Assembly: GCA_018712365.1 (NCBI GenBank) | Contig: DVHD01000113.1 | Location: forward strand, 1-62,085 | Source: Candidatus Limisoma gallistercoris | GTDB lineage: Bacteria > Bacteroidota > Bacteroidia > Bacteroidales > Muribaculaceae | Reading direction: 5' to 3' | Length of the DNA: 62,085 nucleotides | In this document: positions 33,569 through 41,923 of the stretch, piece after piece | How positions within the stretch are numbered: position 1 is the stretch's first letter | Layout of the letters: the number at the start of each line of letters is the position of its first letter | The notes under the pieces: model-generated | Told to the model about the DNA's origin: nothing | The model's database searches: none | Seen by the model: the letters and a program-made list of their open reading frames with translations, nothing else | Position numbers and translations under genes: made by a program

Positions 33569-35986
33569 GGTGCGGCTTGCGCCGCGGGCCAGGGTGAGGC
33601 AGGCGGATTTGCCGAATATGGTGCCGGGCTTGACGGTGCCTTTGATTTCCAGTCTTATGGTGCGCGAATAGGGCGCTATGACGCGGTGGACGAGCGGCGC
33701 GCCTACGGTGCCTGCGGCTTTGAGCGTCGAGATGAGGCTGCCGCAGCAGGAGCGTCCGTTTTCGCTGTATGCCGAAAGGCTGATTTCCATATTGTCGCCC
33801 ACGACGTTCCATAGCACTCCGCCCAGCCTCCGTCCGCCCCCGGTTTCTATCGCCCTTGTGCGCAGCACTACGGCGATGTTGTCGCCGGATTCGTTTTCCA
33901 ATGAGCGGAATGAGCTGCCGGCCAACAGGGCGGTGTCCTGCAGCCTTACGAGCTTTCCGTTTCCCGGATTGCGGCGGTAGAAGGTGCCTCCGCTTTCGAC
34001 CGTGATGATTTCGCCTCCGCATTCTGCCCAGATTTCGTCGTAGCGGCAGGAATATCCTAACGTGCAATCGCCGCCGGCGCAAAAGATTCCTGTCGGTTTT
34101 ACTTTTGTTGTCCTTAGCCTGCAAATTTCGCCGGTGGAGTCGGCGAACGCTATTCCGTCGGCTATGGGGACTACGGCTTCCTGCCTTAGGGCGGAGCGTC
34201 GTGAGAGCAGGTTGGCACCGGTACACTTGCCTTTCGTGTCGAACGAGAGCAGGTAGATGCCTTCGGCGGCGAAAAGGCAGAGCGAGTGCCTTCCCAATTG
34301 CCAAGAAGAGCCGAGTCCGAGAGACGGCGCGAGCGCGACGATGCCCCTGTTGCCCGCCTTTTCGCAGCGCTCCCAAACCAGCGGGTTGCCGGGCGCGGCG
34401 GCAAGCAAATCGCAGGGACGGTAGTCCTCGAATTGTTCGCCGGGATAGCCGGATTCTCCGGTTGAAGGCTGCAATTCCAACCCTTCGGGGCAGACGGCAT
34501 AAGCCATGTCGCCACCGGCGTTTCTCTGCATAGGGACTGTTACGGAATATTTTTTGCCACCGGCGACAATTGCCATGCTGGCCTGCACGGCGCGGCTGTC
34601 GGGGTAGGTAACCAGTCCGTTGAGCCGCAGCGACCATACGTCGGACAGGGTGGTGCGCGATATGGTGCGGATGCCGGATTGGGTGGCGATTTTTACGGCT
34701 ACGGTGACGCTTGCGGGACTTTTGACGATGCTTCCGGGCGAGAGCATTGCCTGATAGCGCGGCGGTTCCGGCGGTTTTACGCTGATTTGTCCTGCAAAGC
34801 AGCGGTCGGCTACCGTAGCCGTCACTTTGGCAGAGAAAGGAGGCATCGTAGGGGTGTAGGCCGCCTCCTGTTTACCGGGGTTGAAGTCGATGGCATAAGT
34901 GTCGGCCGACATGTCGCCGCCGGAGCCGTCGGAGGCGGGCGTGACGCCTTGCGCGGCGACTGTCCCTCCGATTAACTCCTCGATGCCTGAGATTGTAGCG
35001 ATGAGGCGGAAACCCCTTGTCTCCGCCAGTTGGCGGCATGCCGCTTCCTGATTTTGCCCTGCCGTACTTATTCTGAGAAAATACTGCGGCTCGCCTTGCT
35101 GTGACTGTTCGCAGCGGAATGTTGCCTGCCCGGCGGTATCGTCCTGCCAGACGGCGGCATAAATCTCGACGGCTTTCACCAAGTTGCGCCAAGCGCCTAT
35201 CCCCGGAGAGAGGAGAGTGAGCGACAGTTTCCAAGCGTTCTGGCGCATGACGGTTCTTTCCACTCTGAATTCCCCGGAGTTCTCCATCGTTACATCGGCG
35301 ACTGTTTCCGGATGTGAGACTGTGCCTACGACGGTGGCATCGGGCGACCAAATCATCGTGCCGTCCCAAAGCCTCAAAGCCGTGCGTATGGCGGCCGGGC
35401 TTGTCAGCATGAAGCCCTGCCGGGCTTGCAGTTGAAGGTTTTCCATCGCTTTCACGGCTTGTTTCTTCATCGCGGCGAGGTCGGCCGATTGCAGCGAGCC
35501 GCTCCATCCGGAGTAAGTGCCGCTGAGCCGCCGTCCGGCGATTTCTGCCGACAATTCCACTTTTTCCGCAGTGCCGAACGCCATCACCGGGAATTGCGGC
35601 GCACCTCCGAGAAAAGAATATGTTCCGTCGGAATAGTGCAGGTAGGACAAGCCTTCGGTTGTGGAGATTACGACGAAGTCGCCGGTCGAGGCGAAGGCTG
35701 TGACCGGGCTGCCGAGGGTGGCTATGGTTTCGCCGGTGGCGGTGAATGTCCCGTCGGCGGCGTAGCCAAGGAGAATGAGCGCGCCGTCGCGCTCCGAGAA
35801 ATAGTAGGTTCTTCCTTGCCGCCGGTCGTAGCCTACGAGGCGGTCGCCGCCGGGCAGCACGGCAATGGGCAGGGGGTTGCCTACGGCGGCTACGGAGTCT
35901 TTGCCGTAGGCGCGGAGGTTGACGGCTTCGGCTTCCGCGGCGTCGCCTTGCCGCAGTGTCTGTAATGGTATTTGTATTTCTTTCAT
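33563..35986 (-). CDS. Hypothetical 807-aa protein of unknown function, no signal peptide
   Basis: The longest ORF in the region with a balanced amino-acid composition; competing frames are extremely Arg-rich. Start set at MKEIQIPLQ (35986), 13 nt downstream of a TAAATTTG box. No family motif recognised. Confidence 0.7.
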   Translation of the reverse strand: MKEIQIPLQTLRQGDAAEAEAVNLRAYGKDSVAAVGNPLPIAVLPGGDRLVGYDRRQGRTYYFSERDGALILLGYAADGTFTATGETIATLGSPVTAFASTGDFVVISTTEGLSYLHYSDGTYSFLGGAPQFPVMAFGTAEKVELSAEIAGRRLSGTYSGWSGSLQSADLAAMKKQAVKAMENLQLQARQGFMLTSPAAIRTALRLWDGTMIWSPDATVVGTVSHPETVADVTMENSGEFRVERTVMRQNAWKLSLTLLSPGIGAWRNLVKAVEIYAAVWQDDTAGQATFRCEQSQQGEPQYFLRISTAGQNQEAACRQLAETRGFRLIATISGIEELIGGTVAAQGVTPASDGSGGDMSADTYAIDFNPGKQEAAYTPTMPPFSAKVTATVADRCFAGQISVKPPEPPRYQAMLSPGSIVKSPASVTVAVKIATQSGIRTISRTTLSDVWSLRLNGLVTYPDSRAVQASMAIVAGGKKYSVTVPMQRNAGGDMAYAVCPEGLELQPSTGESGYPGEQFEDYRPCDLLAAAPGNPLVWERCEKAGNRGIVALAPSLGLGSSWQLGRHSLCLFAAEGIYLLSFDTKGKCTGANLLSRRSALRQEAVVPIADGIAFADSTGEICRLRTTKVKPTGIFCAGGDCTLGYSCRYDEIWAECGGEIITVESGGTFYRRNPGNGKLVRLQDTALLAGSSFRSLENESGDNIAVVLRTRAIETGGGRRLGGVLWNVVGDNMEISLSAYSENGRSCCGSLISTLKAAGTVGAPLVHRVIAPYSRTIRLEIKGTVKPGTIFGKSACLTLARGASRTP

Positions 35987-35998
35987 GGCTTTTTTCCG

Positions 35999-36006
35999 CA
36001 AATTTA
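35999..36006 (-). promoter_or_regulatory. -7 box TAAATTTG for the 807-aa gene
   Basis: Reverse complement of caaattta matches TAnnTTTG. It implies a very short leader. Confidence 0.4.
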
Positions 36007-36044
36007 GCCGGGCAGAGTGGCGGGGCAGGGAGGAAAAGAGGCAT

Positions 36045-36105
36045 TGCAGCTTTGCTGCAGGTTACAGGTTATGAGGTTATGAGGTTATTGGGTTATGAGG
36101 TTATC
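36045..36105. repeat. Hairpin-GGTTAT unit with an extended GGTTAT run
   Basis: TGCAGCTTTGCTGCAGGTTACAGGTTATGAGGTTATGAGGTTATTGGGTTATGAGGTTATC. Confidence 0.75.
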
Positions 36106-36263
36106 TGTAAGAGCCGCAAGCAGAGGGAGACACTTGTGTTAGAGTCTGCGCCTTTTTCTTTTTTAGCGACAAACATAGTGTCTTTTGATAAGACAAAATA
36201 CATATAGGTATGGGAAATGAAAACATTATATCCGATATGTTACCGAATTAGATAGAATTTTCC

Positions 36264-36271
36264 TATCTTTG
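36264..36271 (+). promoter_or_regulatory. -7 box TATCTTTG about 300 nt upstream of the OMP gene
   Basis: Exact TAnnTTTG match. It would give an unusually long leader or a separate small transcript. Confidence 0.4.
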
Positions 36272-36355
36272 TAGCGTTGAACGTAATTTATATTGCCTAT
36301 GGTAGCATAACAGACATAAAAGACATAAGATAAAAAAGCGTTAGCTTGTATTTCG

Positions 36356-36471
36356 GTTATCCAAAATCGCCAAATTTTGAAAATGCAACCTGAAGTAGAA
36401 GTTAATGCCTGCGCATATACGCGCGGGCTATACTTGTTTGGTTGCAGCGTGTTTGGCGATACGTGGATAAC
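36356..36471 (+). other. 116-nt imperfect long hairpin made of three stacked stems; candidate structured RNA or leader element
   Basis: GTTATCCA..TCGCCAAA (36356-36374) pairs with TTTGGCGA..TGGATAAC (36452-36471). TGCAACC (36384-90) pairs with GGTTGCA (36440-46). CCTGCGC (36408-14) pairs with GCGCGGG (36421-27). Confidence 0.35.
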
Positions 36472-36566
36472 AAATAAAGTGTTAGTCCGCGTTTTTTTAT
36501 TGTCTTAACTTTCGGATTACGGACTAAAAAGGAACAACAGAAGTTAAACAATAAAATTCAAAAACA

Positions 36567-37238
36567 ATGAATAAAAAAATCGTTATTTTAAGCGCAATAT
36601 TAGTCTTCATTTCGGCTTATACCCATGCACAGAATACATTAGACAATGCAAAATCTTTTCTGAAACAGTTTGATTATACGGTGTCAGTCAGCTTGGTTTC
36701 TCGGAGTGCTTCTAATCCTTTTGATGATGCAAAATTGGGATTCGATATAGGGGTTGACGCAAAGAAAAATATTAAATCCTATCTCGAAAATAAGGTTGAT
36801 GTTTATGGGTTAGTCGGTCTGCACTATGTTAAAAAAGGAGGTAAGCAAAGCTCTGATTTTATGGATTTAATGTCGGCAGGCAATGATTTTGGCATTTCCC
36901 AATTCTCTATTCCTATCCACGCAGGAGGTACATATAATTTCAAGAAGTGCCAATTATATTTAGACCTTGGCCCTTATCTTGCATTTGGATTTGGTGGTAC
37001 AGATATAGAAGGATTAAGCACTAAATGTGTTGACTTCGGTATCGGTTTTAATATCGGATGCAAGTTTAAGAAAAAATTCGGTATCGGTGTCGGTGTAGAC
37101 AAAGGTTTTACAAAAATTGCTGAATATGAGGTTACTACCGAAAACAATCCGACTGGTAACCTTACTATCGGTGACAAATATTCCCTTAAATCAATGACGG
37201 GATATATTCGTTTTCAATGGACTTTTAGTGCAAAATGA
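36567..37238 (+). CDS. Outer-membrane beta-barrel protein (OmpW/PorT-like porin family)
   Basis: Signal peptide ending AYTHAQ, alternating hydrophobic beta-strand pattern, and a C-terminal aromatic region (GYIRFQWTFSAK). Confidence 0.75.
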   Translation: MNKKIVILSAILVFISAYTHAQNTLDNAKSFLKQFDYTVSVSLVSRSASNPFDDAKLGFDIGVDAKKNIKSYLENKVDVYGLVGLHYVKKGGKQSSDFMDLMSAGNDFGISQFSIPIHAGGTYNFKKCQLYLDLGPYLAFGFGGTDIEGLSTKCVDFGIGFNIGCKFKKKFGIGVGVDKGFTKIAEYEVTTENNPTGNLTIGDKYSLKSMTGYIRFQWTFSAK

Positions 37239-37255
37239 TATAAATTAGAAGGAAT

Positions 37256-37798
37256 ATGAAAAGATACATTAATCGCTTATTTGTCATACTAATTGCTGTT
37301 AGTACATCCTTATTTATGGCAAGTTGCAGCAATGATGATGATAATGAAATTGAAAATGGAGGTTCTACTGTTAGTAATGTAACACTTAATGGAATCACTT
37401 ATAGTACGACTCCACAATCACATTATTATATCGACCCCGAAGAGGATGCACTTGGCTTTGGCTGCGTGTTTAAATCCGATGAAGTCGAAGAACCAATAAT
37501 GTTTATTCTATATTATCCTAATTGGAATTTGGAAGAACGAAAAATAAGAGACGGCAAAGAGTTAAGCGGGGTAAATATAGCTCTGAGAAAGGGTGCTGGT
37601 ACTATTGCTGGATATGAGGTAATGTCAAGCGATACAGAAATTCTAAGTGGAAACATTATTGCAGTTCCTTATGATGGAGGACACGGATTAGAGTTCAATA
37701 ATTTGAAATTTACAACATCGTATAATTCTGGTCAAACATTTGAACTTGACGGTACTATATATTATAAATATGAAATACTCAACAGCCCTATAGAATAA
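37256..37798 (+). CDS. Lipoprotein of unknown function
   Basis: Lipobox LFMASC, AT-rich, and 17 nt downstream of the OMP gene. Confidence 0.7.
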   Translation: MKRYINRLFVILIAVSTSLFMASCSNDDDNEIENGGSTVSNVTLNGITYSTTPQSHYYIDPEEDALGFGCVFKSDEVEEPIMFILYYPNWNLEERKIRDGKELSGVNIALRKGAGTIAGYEVMSSDTEILSGNIIAVPYDGGHGLEFNNLKFTTSYNSGQTFELDGTIYYKYEILNSPIE

Positions 37799-37818
37799 AA
37801 ATTGTACACCTATATTAA

Positions 37819-37852
37819 AGAGCATCGGCAACAACAATACCGATGCTTTTTT
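37819..37852 (+). terminator. Rho-independent terminator of the OMP-lipoprotein pair
   Basis: Hairpin AGCATCGG-11 nt-CCGATGCT followed by TTTTTT. Confidence 0.85.
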
Positions 37853-38129
37853 GTTACAATGAACTACCCTCAAATATACAAATAAGATTCAGATTACTTA
37901 TAATTACCAAAGAATACTCTAATCTATTCATAGTAAATGATTAAAGGGTAATTAGGATACATAGGAGATAGTAGAAAAGTTCTTAAGTAGGTATCCTGTT
38001 ACTCAATTAATGAGTACAACTTAAACCTATCTACTGAATACACACGGTTCGCTTTAGATTTTTTTCTAATAAAATTTTCCCATATATTCAACTTACTTAC
38101 TATTTATAGTAAATGATATTAATAATACA

Positions 38130-38300
38130 ATGAATGAGTTGACAAGGCGAAAAATCAGCCTCAAAATGAGGGGTAGGAAAAAGAGTGCCACACATAGGGA
38201 ACACATAAGGCAAGCACTTAAAGGAAAGAAGAAAAGCAAGGAACACAAAGAACATATAAGCGAAGCAATGAAGAATGCAAATAAGAATCCCTACTATCGT
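38130..38300 (+). pseudogene. NUMOD3-motif fragment, probably a homing-endonuclease remnant; 3' limit uncertain
   Basis: Two NUMOD3-like motifs: SATHREHIRQALKGKKK and SKEHKEHISEAMKN. No nuclease domain follows. The rest of the ORF (to 38564) runs antisense to the BspA-like gene and looks non-coding. Confidence 0.4.
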
Positions 38301-39173
38301 TTATATGTAATGGTCAAGACCGCTGGTGCCGGACAATTCCCTGCCATAATACGCTTCCCCCTTGACAAGTGGGTGCTCCAAACTACTGTTTTCATCCGTC
38401 CACCGGGAGGTGCTGAAAGGCTTCCCTTCGAGAACCAACGGCTTTTCGCCTTTCTCGAATGTCACCACGTGCTCCATCTGAGAATAAGAATAGAAACCCA
38501 AAATGCGGATTTCGCCGAATGCGCTTTCTCCTATCTCCTCCACCGTACCCGGAATTTCAATTGAACTCGCGCCAATGCAATAGAAAGCATAAGGCTTTAT
38601 CACCTTCACGTCGTCAGAAATGCGGAACGTATAGAACCTGTTATTAAAATTGTCAACTGTCTCTTCGAATATATGATTCCCTGCAAATGTGATATTTTCA
38701 TACATATTTTTCATAGTGATTTTGGTAACATCCTTATAGGCCAATTGCAACGGATTGGCATCGCCGTTGGCAAAATCGATGTCGCATCAGTCGGCCATAC
38801 TTCCCCCGTATGCAATCTTGCACCCGCTTTGATATTGTGCCCAAGAGCCGGCAAAAGCGTCTTTACCGATAGTCTTGACAGTGGCAGGGATGCTAATCTC
38901 TCTCAGCCCTGTTCCCTGAAAGGCGTTTTCAACAATCGACACTACCGTATAGGTGTCGTCACCGTGTGTCAACGTACTGGGGATTATTATACTGTCCTCG
39001 CCGCCGTGAACCTCGAAACCGACCACTTCCACCTCGCCCTCGTTTTCCGATGTGGAAATGATACGGAAAACCAAGTCGTTGTACTCAATTCTTTCGCCCA
39101 CTTCCAAATTGGTTGCCCACCCGGAGGCAGAGGCGAGCGTAGCCGCCAATAGCGGTAAAAATTTTTTCTTCAT
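38301..39173 (-). pseudogene. BspA-type LRR surface protein interrupted by an in-frame TGA at 38787-38789
   Basis: ORFs 38787-39173 (signal peptide MKKKFLPLLAATLASASG, repeat IIIPSTLTH..IVENAFQG) and 38301-38750 (IEIPGTVEEIGESAF) are in the same frame. They are separated by a single TGA and 12 sense codons. Confidence 0.65.
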
Positions 39174-39209
39174 TTGATTTTTGTTATTTAGGTTTTTAGT
39201 TTGCGCGGA

Positions 39210-39217
39210 CAAAAATA
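39210..39217 (-). promoter_or_regulatory. -7 box TATTTTTG for the BspA-like gene
   Basis: Reverse complement of caaaaata matches TAnnTTTG, 37 nt upstream of the ATG at 39173. Confidence 0.45.
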
Positions 39218-39402
39218 GCAATATCGGATTTTTTGACTCAGGGAAGCGGGCGAGTTGTTCTCTCATTTTGTCATTTGCTTCTCTTGTTTTGTCATTTCTA
39301 CGTCAGTCAGGGAATAAAATAGGACAACTTTCAATGCGCAGCCTCTACCAAGGGTGTTTCATTTTGATGAAATTTATGGTAACTTTACGGCTGCAAAATT
39401 CA

Positions 39403-40536
39403 ATGGCGATGAAGAAACTGTTTTTATTATCTTTTGTGTTGTTTGCTGTGGCGTTGAATGTGAATGCCGCCGACATATTGCCCGACTCCGTGTTGAGGCG
39501 GATGGCTGCGAAGATGCTGATGGTGGGGTTCAAAGGCGACAGTGTGACCGACGGCAGCGATGCCGCGCGCTATGTGCGCGACCTGAAGGTAGGCGGCATA
39601 ATACTGTTCGACGTAGACCTTACCGGAACTGCCAAAATAGGTTCGAGAAACATAACGTCGAAAGAGCGGCTGACGAAGATGACAGCCGACCTGCGCCGCT
39701 ATGCCGGCGGCGATTTGCTTATCGCCGTCGACCAAGAGGGCGGGATGGTGCGCCGTCTGCGCCCGGAATACGGCTACAGCCCGACTGTCAGCCAAGAATA
39801 TCTCGGAACAGTCAACTGCTGCGACACCACTATGAAATATGCCGGGAGAATGGCGCGGGAGATGCGGGAATCGGGGGTGAACGTGAACCTCGCTCCGCTC
39901 ATCGACGTGAACGTGAATCCGGAATGCCCGGTGATAGGGGCGTTGCACAGGAGCTACTCCGCGGATACGGCCGTGGTGGCGGACAACGCCGGCTGGAGCA
40001 TCGAAGCGCACCACCGCAACGGCGTGCTTTGCGCGGTGAAGCATTTCCCCGGGCACGGCAGCTCGGCATCAGACTCGCATTACGGATTGACCGACGTGAC
40101 CGACACGTGGCAGAGCTACGAGCTTGCGCCGTTCCGCGGCCTGATAGCCGCCGGGAAGGCGGATATGGTGATGACCGCGCATATTTTCCAACGCCGTCTT
40201 GACCCTGACTATCCCGCAACGCTGTCGAAAAAGATAATCGACGGAGTGCTGCGGGGGCAATTAGGATTCGACGGCGTGGTGCTTACCGACGACATGTATA
40301 TGCAGGGCATAATCGACAATTACGACGTGGAGGATGCCATAGTGCTTGCCATCAATGCCGGGGCTGATATCCTTGTAATGGGCAACAACATATCAACCGG
40401 CTACGAGCCGGAGCGTCCTTTCCGCATAGTCGACATGATTGTGCGCGCCGTGAAGGACGGACGCATCGACCAGCAACGGCTCGTTGAGTCGAACCGCCGG
40501 ATAGACCGGCTGATGGAGAAGTTGGAGAGCCGCTGA
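39403..40536 (+). CDS. Glycoside hydrolase family 3 (NagZ-like beta-N-acetylhexosaminidase), secreted
   Basis: Signal peptide MAMKKLFLLSFVLFAVALNVNA, with KHFPGHGSSASDSH and VLTDDMYM motifs. Confidence 0.88.
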   Translation: MAMKKLFLLSFVLFAVALNVNAADILPDSVLRRMAAKMLMVGFKGDSVTDGSDAARYVRDLKVGGIILFDVDLTGTAKIGSRNITSKERLTKMTADLRRYAGGDLLIAVDQEGGMVRRLRPEYGYSPTVSQEYLGTVNCCDTTMKYAGRMAREMRESGVNVNLAPLIDVNVNPECPVIGALHRSYSADTAVVADNAGWSIEAHHRNGVLCAVKHFPGHGSSASDSHYGLTDVTDTWQSYELAPFRGLIAAGKADMVMTAHIFQRRLDPDYPATLSKKIIDGVLRGQLGFDGVVLTDDMYMQGIIDNYDVEDAIVLAINAGADILVMGNNISTGYEPERPFRIVDMIVRAVKDGRIDQQRLVESNRRIDRLMEKLESR

Positions 40537-40543
40537 ATCAATT

Positions 40544-41908
40544 TCATAGTACTTCTGGAGGGGTCTCGGGCGTGGACGCGCTGCGTATGCGCCATTCCTT
40601 GGGATAGCAGTTGTTGGCGCGGTTGCCGAGGTTCTTTATCCAGCCGAGCGGATAGCCGCGGTATGTGACAAGGCAGTAGCCGCGCGGGGCATCGGCATCC
40701 GGAGTGATGGCTTCTCCGCGGAGGTAGGCTATGGCTGTATTGTAATCGGTCTCGATTTCAGGAAATTCTTTGCGGTTAAAGATTGTACTTATGGCCAGAG
40801 CGTGCTGCGGAATCAGGTCCTTGCCTTTGATTGAGGCTACCGGGATGCCGCACAGCAGGGTGACGGCGTTCTGCCTGACGGCCTCCATTTTCTGCGCCAT
40901 GGCTACGGGACGCGCCGTTACTTCCGTACCGTCAACAGTAAGCACTGTCCCGGAATCCTCCCTGACGAAGCTGCGGCATTGCTTAGGCACGGGCTGTATC
41001 TTCCCTTTCTTCGCCTTGACGGCGCAGCCCTGATATTGCCCCGGCTTGCGCAGCACGGCGATGAACAGCCCCTCGCCGCGTGTGCGGTGCTGCATGAAGC
41101 GGTAGCAATGCGCTGTGGTGCCGATTCCCGGCGAGATGTTCCAGTCCGGGTTTACGGCTATATCTACTGTCCCGGCTCCGTATTCTTCGATTATGTGGTT
41201 GATTATCTCCTCGTTTTCCTGACGGTTGAAGGTGCAGGTGCTGTAAATGAGGTAGCCGCCGGGCCGCAGCGCGTCCCAGATGTCGGCTATGATTTCCCGC
41301 TGGCGGGCGGCGCATTGCGCCACGAGCGACGGCGACCATTGCCGTACGGCTTCCTCGTCCTTGCGGAACATCCCTTCGCCGGAGCAGGGCATATCGGTGG
41401 CCACGATGTCGAAGAATCCGCGCAACCGGCCGAGGCGGCGTGGGGTGTCGTTGGTGACCACGCAGTTGGCCCGTCCCCATTTCACGGCGTTCTCGCGCAG
41501 TATTTGCGCCCGCTGGCTGTCGATTTCGTTGCTTACTATCAATGAGTCGTCTGTCAGCGCGTCGAGCGCGGCGGTTGTCTTTCCTCCGGGGGCGGCGCAC
41601 AGGTCGAGGCAGGTCACGTCTTTGTCACCGGCTATTTGTTTCAGCACGTGGGTGATGAACATCGACGATGCGTCCTGCACGTAGTACGCCCCGGCGTGGA
41701 GTATGGGGTCGAAAGTGAATTGCGGACGCTTGTCGAGATAGAAGCCGTTGCCGCACCACGGCACGCTGCCGCCCGTCGGTTGAAGCCGGCATTTCGCGTT
41801 GTTGACACGTATGGAAACGGCCGGGGCATCGCCCAGCGACTCAATCAGTTTCTGCGCTTCGCAGCTGCCAAGCATGCCGGTTAGCTGTCCGATAAAAGCT
41901 TTGTCCAT
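40544..41908 (-). CDS. NOL1/NOP2/Sun-family rRNA cytosine-C5 methyltransferase (RsmF-like)
   Basis: DLCAAPGGKT and DMPCSGEGMFRK, plus an N-terminal FIGQLTGMLG...VSIRVN segment that aligns by eye with the RsmF N-terminus. Confidence 0.88.
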   Translation of the reverse strand: MDKAFIGQLTGMLGSCEAQKLIESLGDAPAVSIRVNNAKCRLQPTGGSVPWCGNGFYLDKRPQFTFDPILHAGAYYVQDASSMFITHVLKQIAGDKDVTCLDLCAAPGGKTTAALDALTDDSLIVSNEIDSQRAQILRENAVKWGRANCVVTNDTPRRLGRLRGFFDIVATDMPCSGEGMFRKDEEAVRQWSPSLVAQCAARQREIIADIWDALRPGGYLIYSTCTFNRQENEEIINHIIEEYGAGTVDIAVNPDWNISPGIGTTAHCYRFMQHRTRGEGLFIAVLRKPGQYQGCAVKAKKGKIQPVPKQCRSFVREDSGTVLTVDGTEVTARPVAMAQKMEAVRQNAVTLLCGIPVASIKGKDLIPQHALAISTIFNRKEFPEIETDYNTAIAYLRGEAITPDADAPRGYCLVTYRGYPLGWIKNLGNRANNCYPKEWRIRSASTPETPPEVL

Positions 41909-41912
41909 ACCG

Positions 41913-41920
41913 CAAAGGTA
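41913..41920 (-). promoter_or_regulatory. -7 box TACCTTTG only 5 nt upstream of the RsmF-like ATG (possible leaderless transcript)
   Basis: Reverse complement of caaaggta matches TAnnTTTG. The spacing places the expected transcription start at or next to the ATG. Confidence 0.35.
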
Positions 41921-41923
41921 CGT

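Noticed and set aside
33563-35986. The 807-aa protein as the REP-mobilising (RAYT-like) enzyme
   Set aside because: No HUH motif or catalytic-tyrosine context could be found. The size and predicted beta-rich repeats are unlike Y1 transposases. The flanking arrays are in direct, not inverted, orientation, and other unrelated genes are flanked in the same way.
33519-36044. 372-aa and 390-aa same-strand alternative-frame ORFs inside the 807-aa gene
   Set aside because: Both are extremely Arg/Pro/Gly/His-rich (over a quarter Arg by eye), the usual artefact of off-frame translation of GC-rich coding DNA. The 807-aa frame has normal composition.
38301-38564. C-terminal 88 codons of the 144-aa NUMOD3 ORF
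   Set aside because: This part runs antisense to the BspA-like coding sequence, which retains LRR periodicity there, and shows no protein-like pattern.
38787-38789. In-frame TGA as a selenocysteine or programmed read-through codon
   Set aside because: No SECIS-like hairpin lies immediately downstream, and a surface LRR protein has no redox context. A nonsense mutation is the simpler explanation.
24908-39300. Prophage or integrative conjugative element
   Set aside because: There is no integrase, recombinase, phage structural, conjugation or mobilisation gene. The AT-rich islets are small and separated by core genes.
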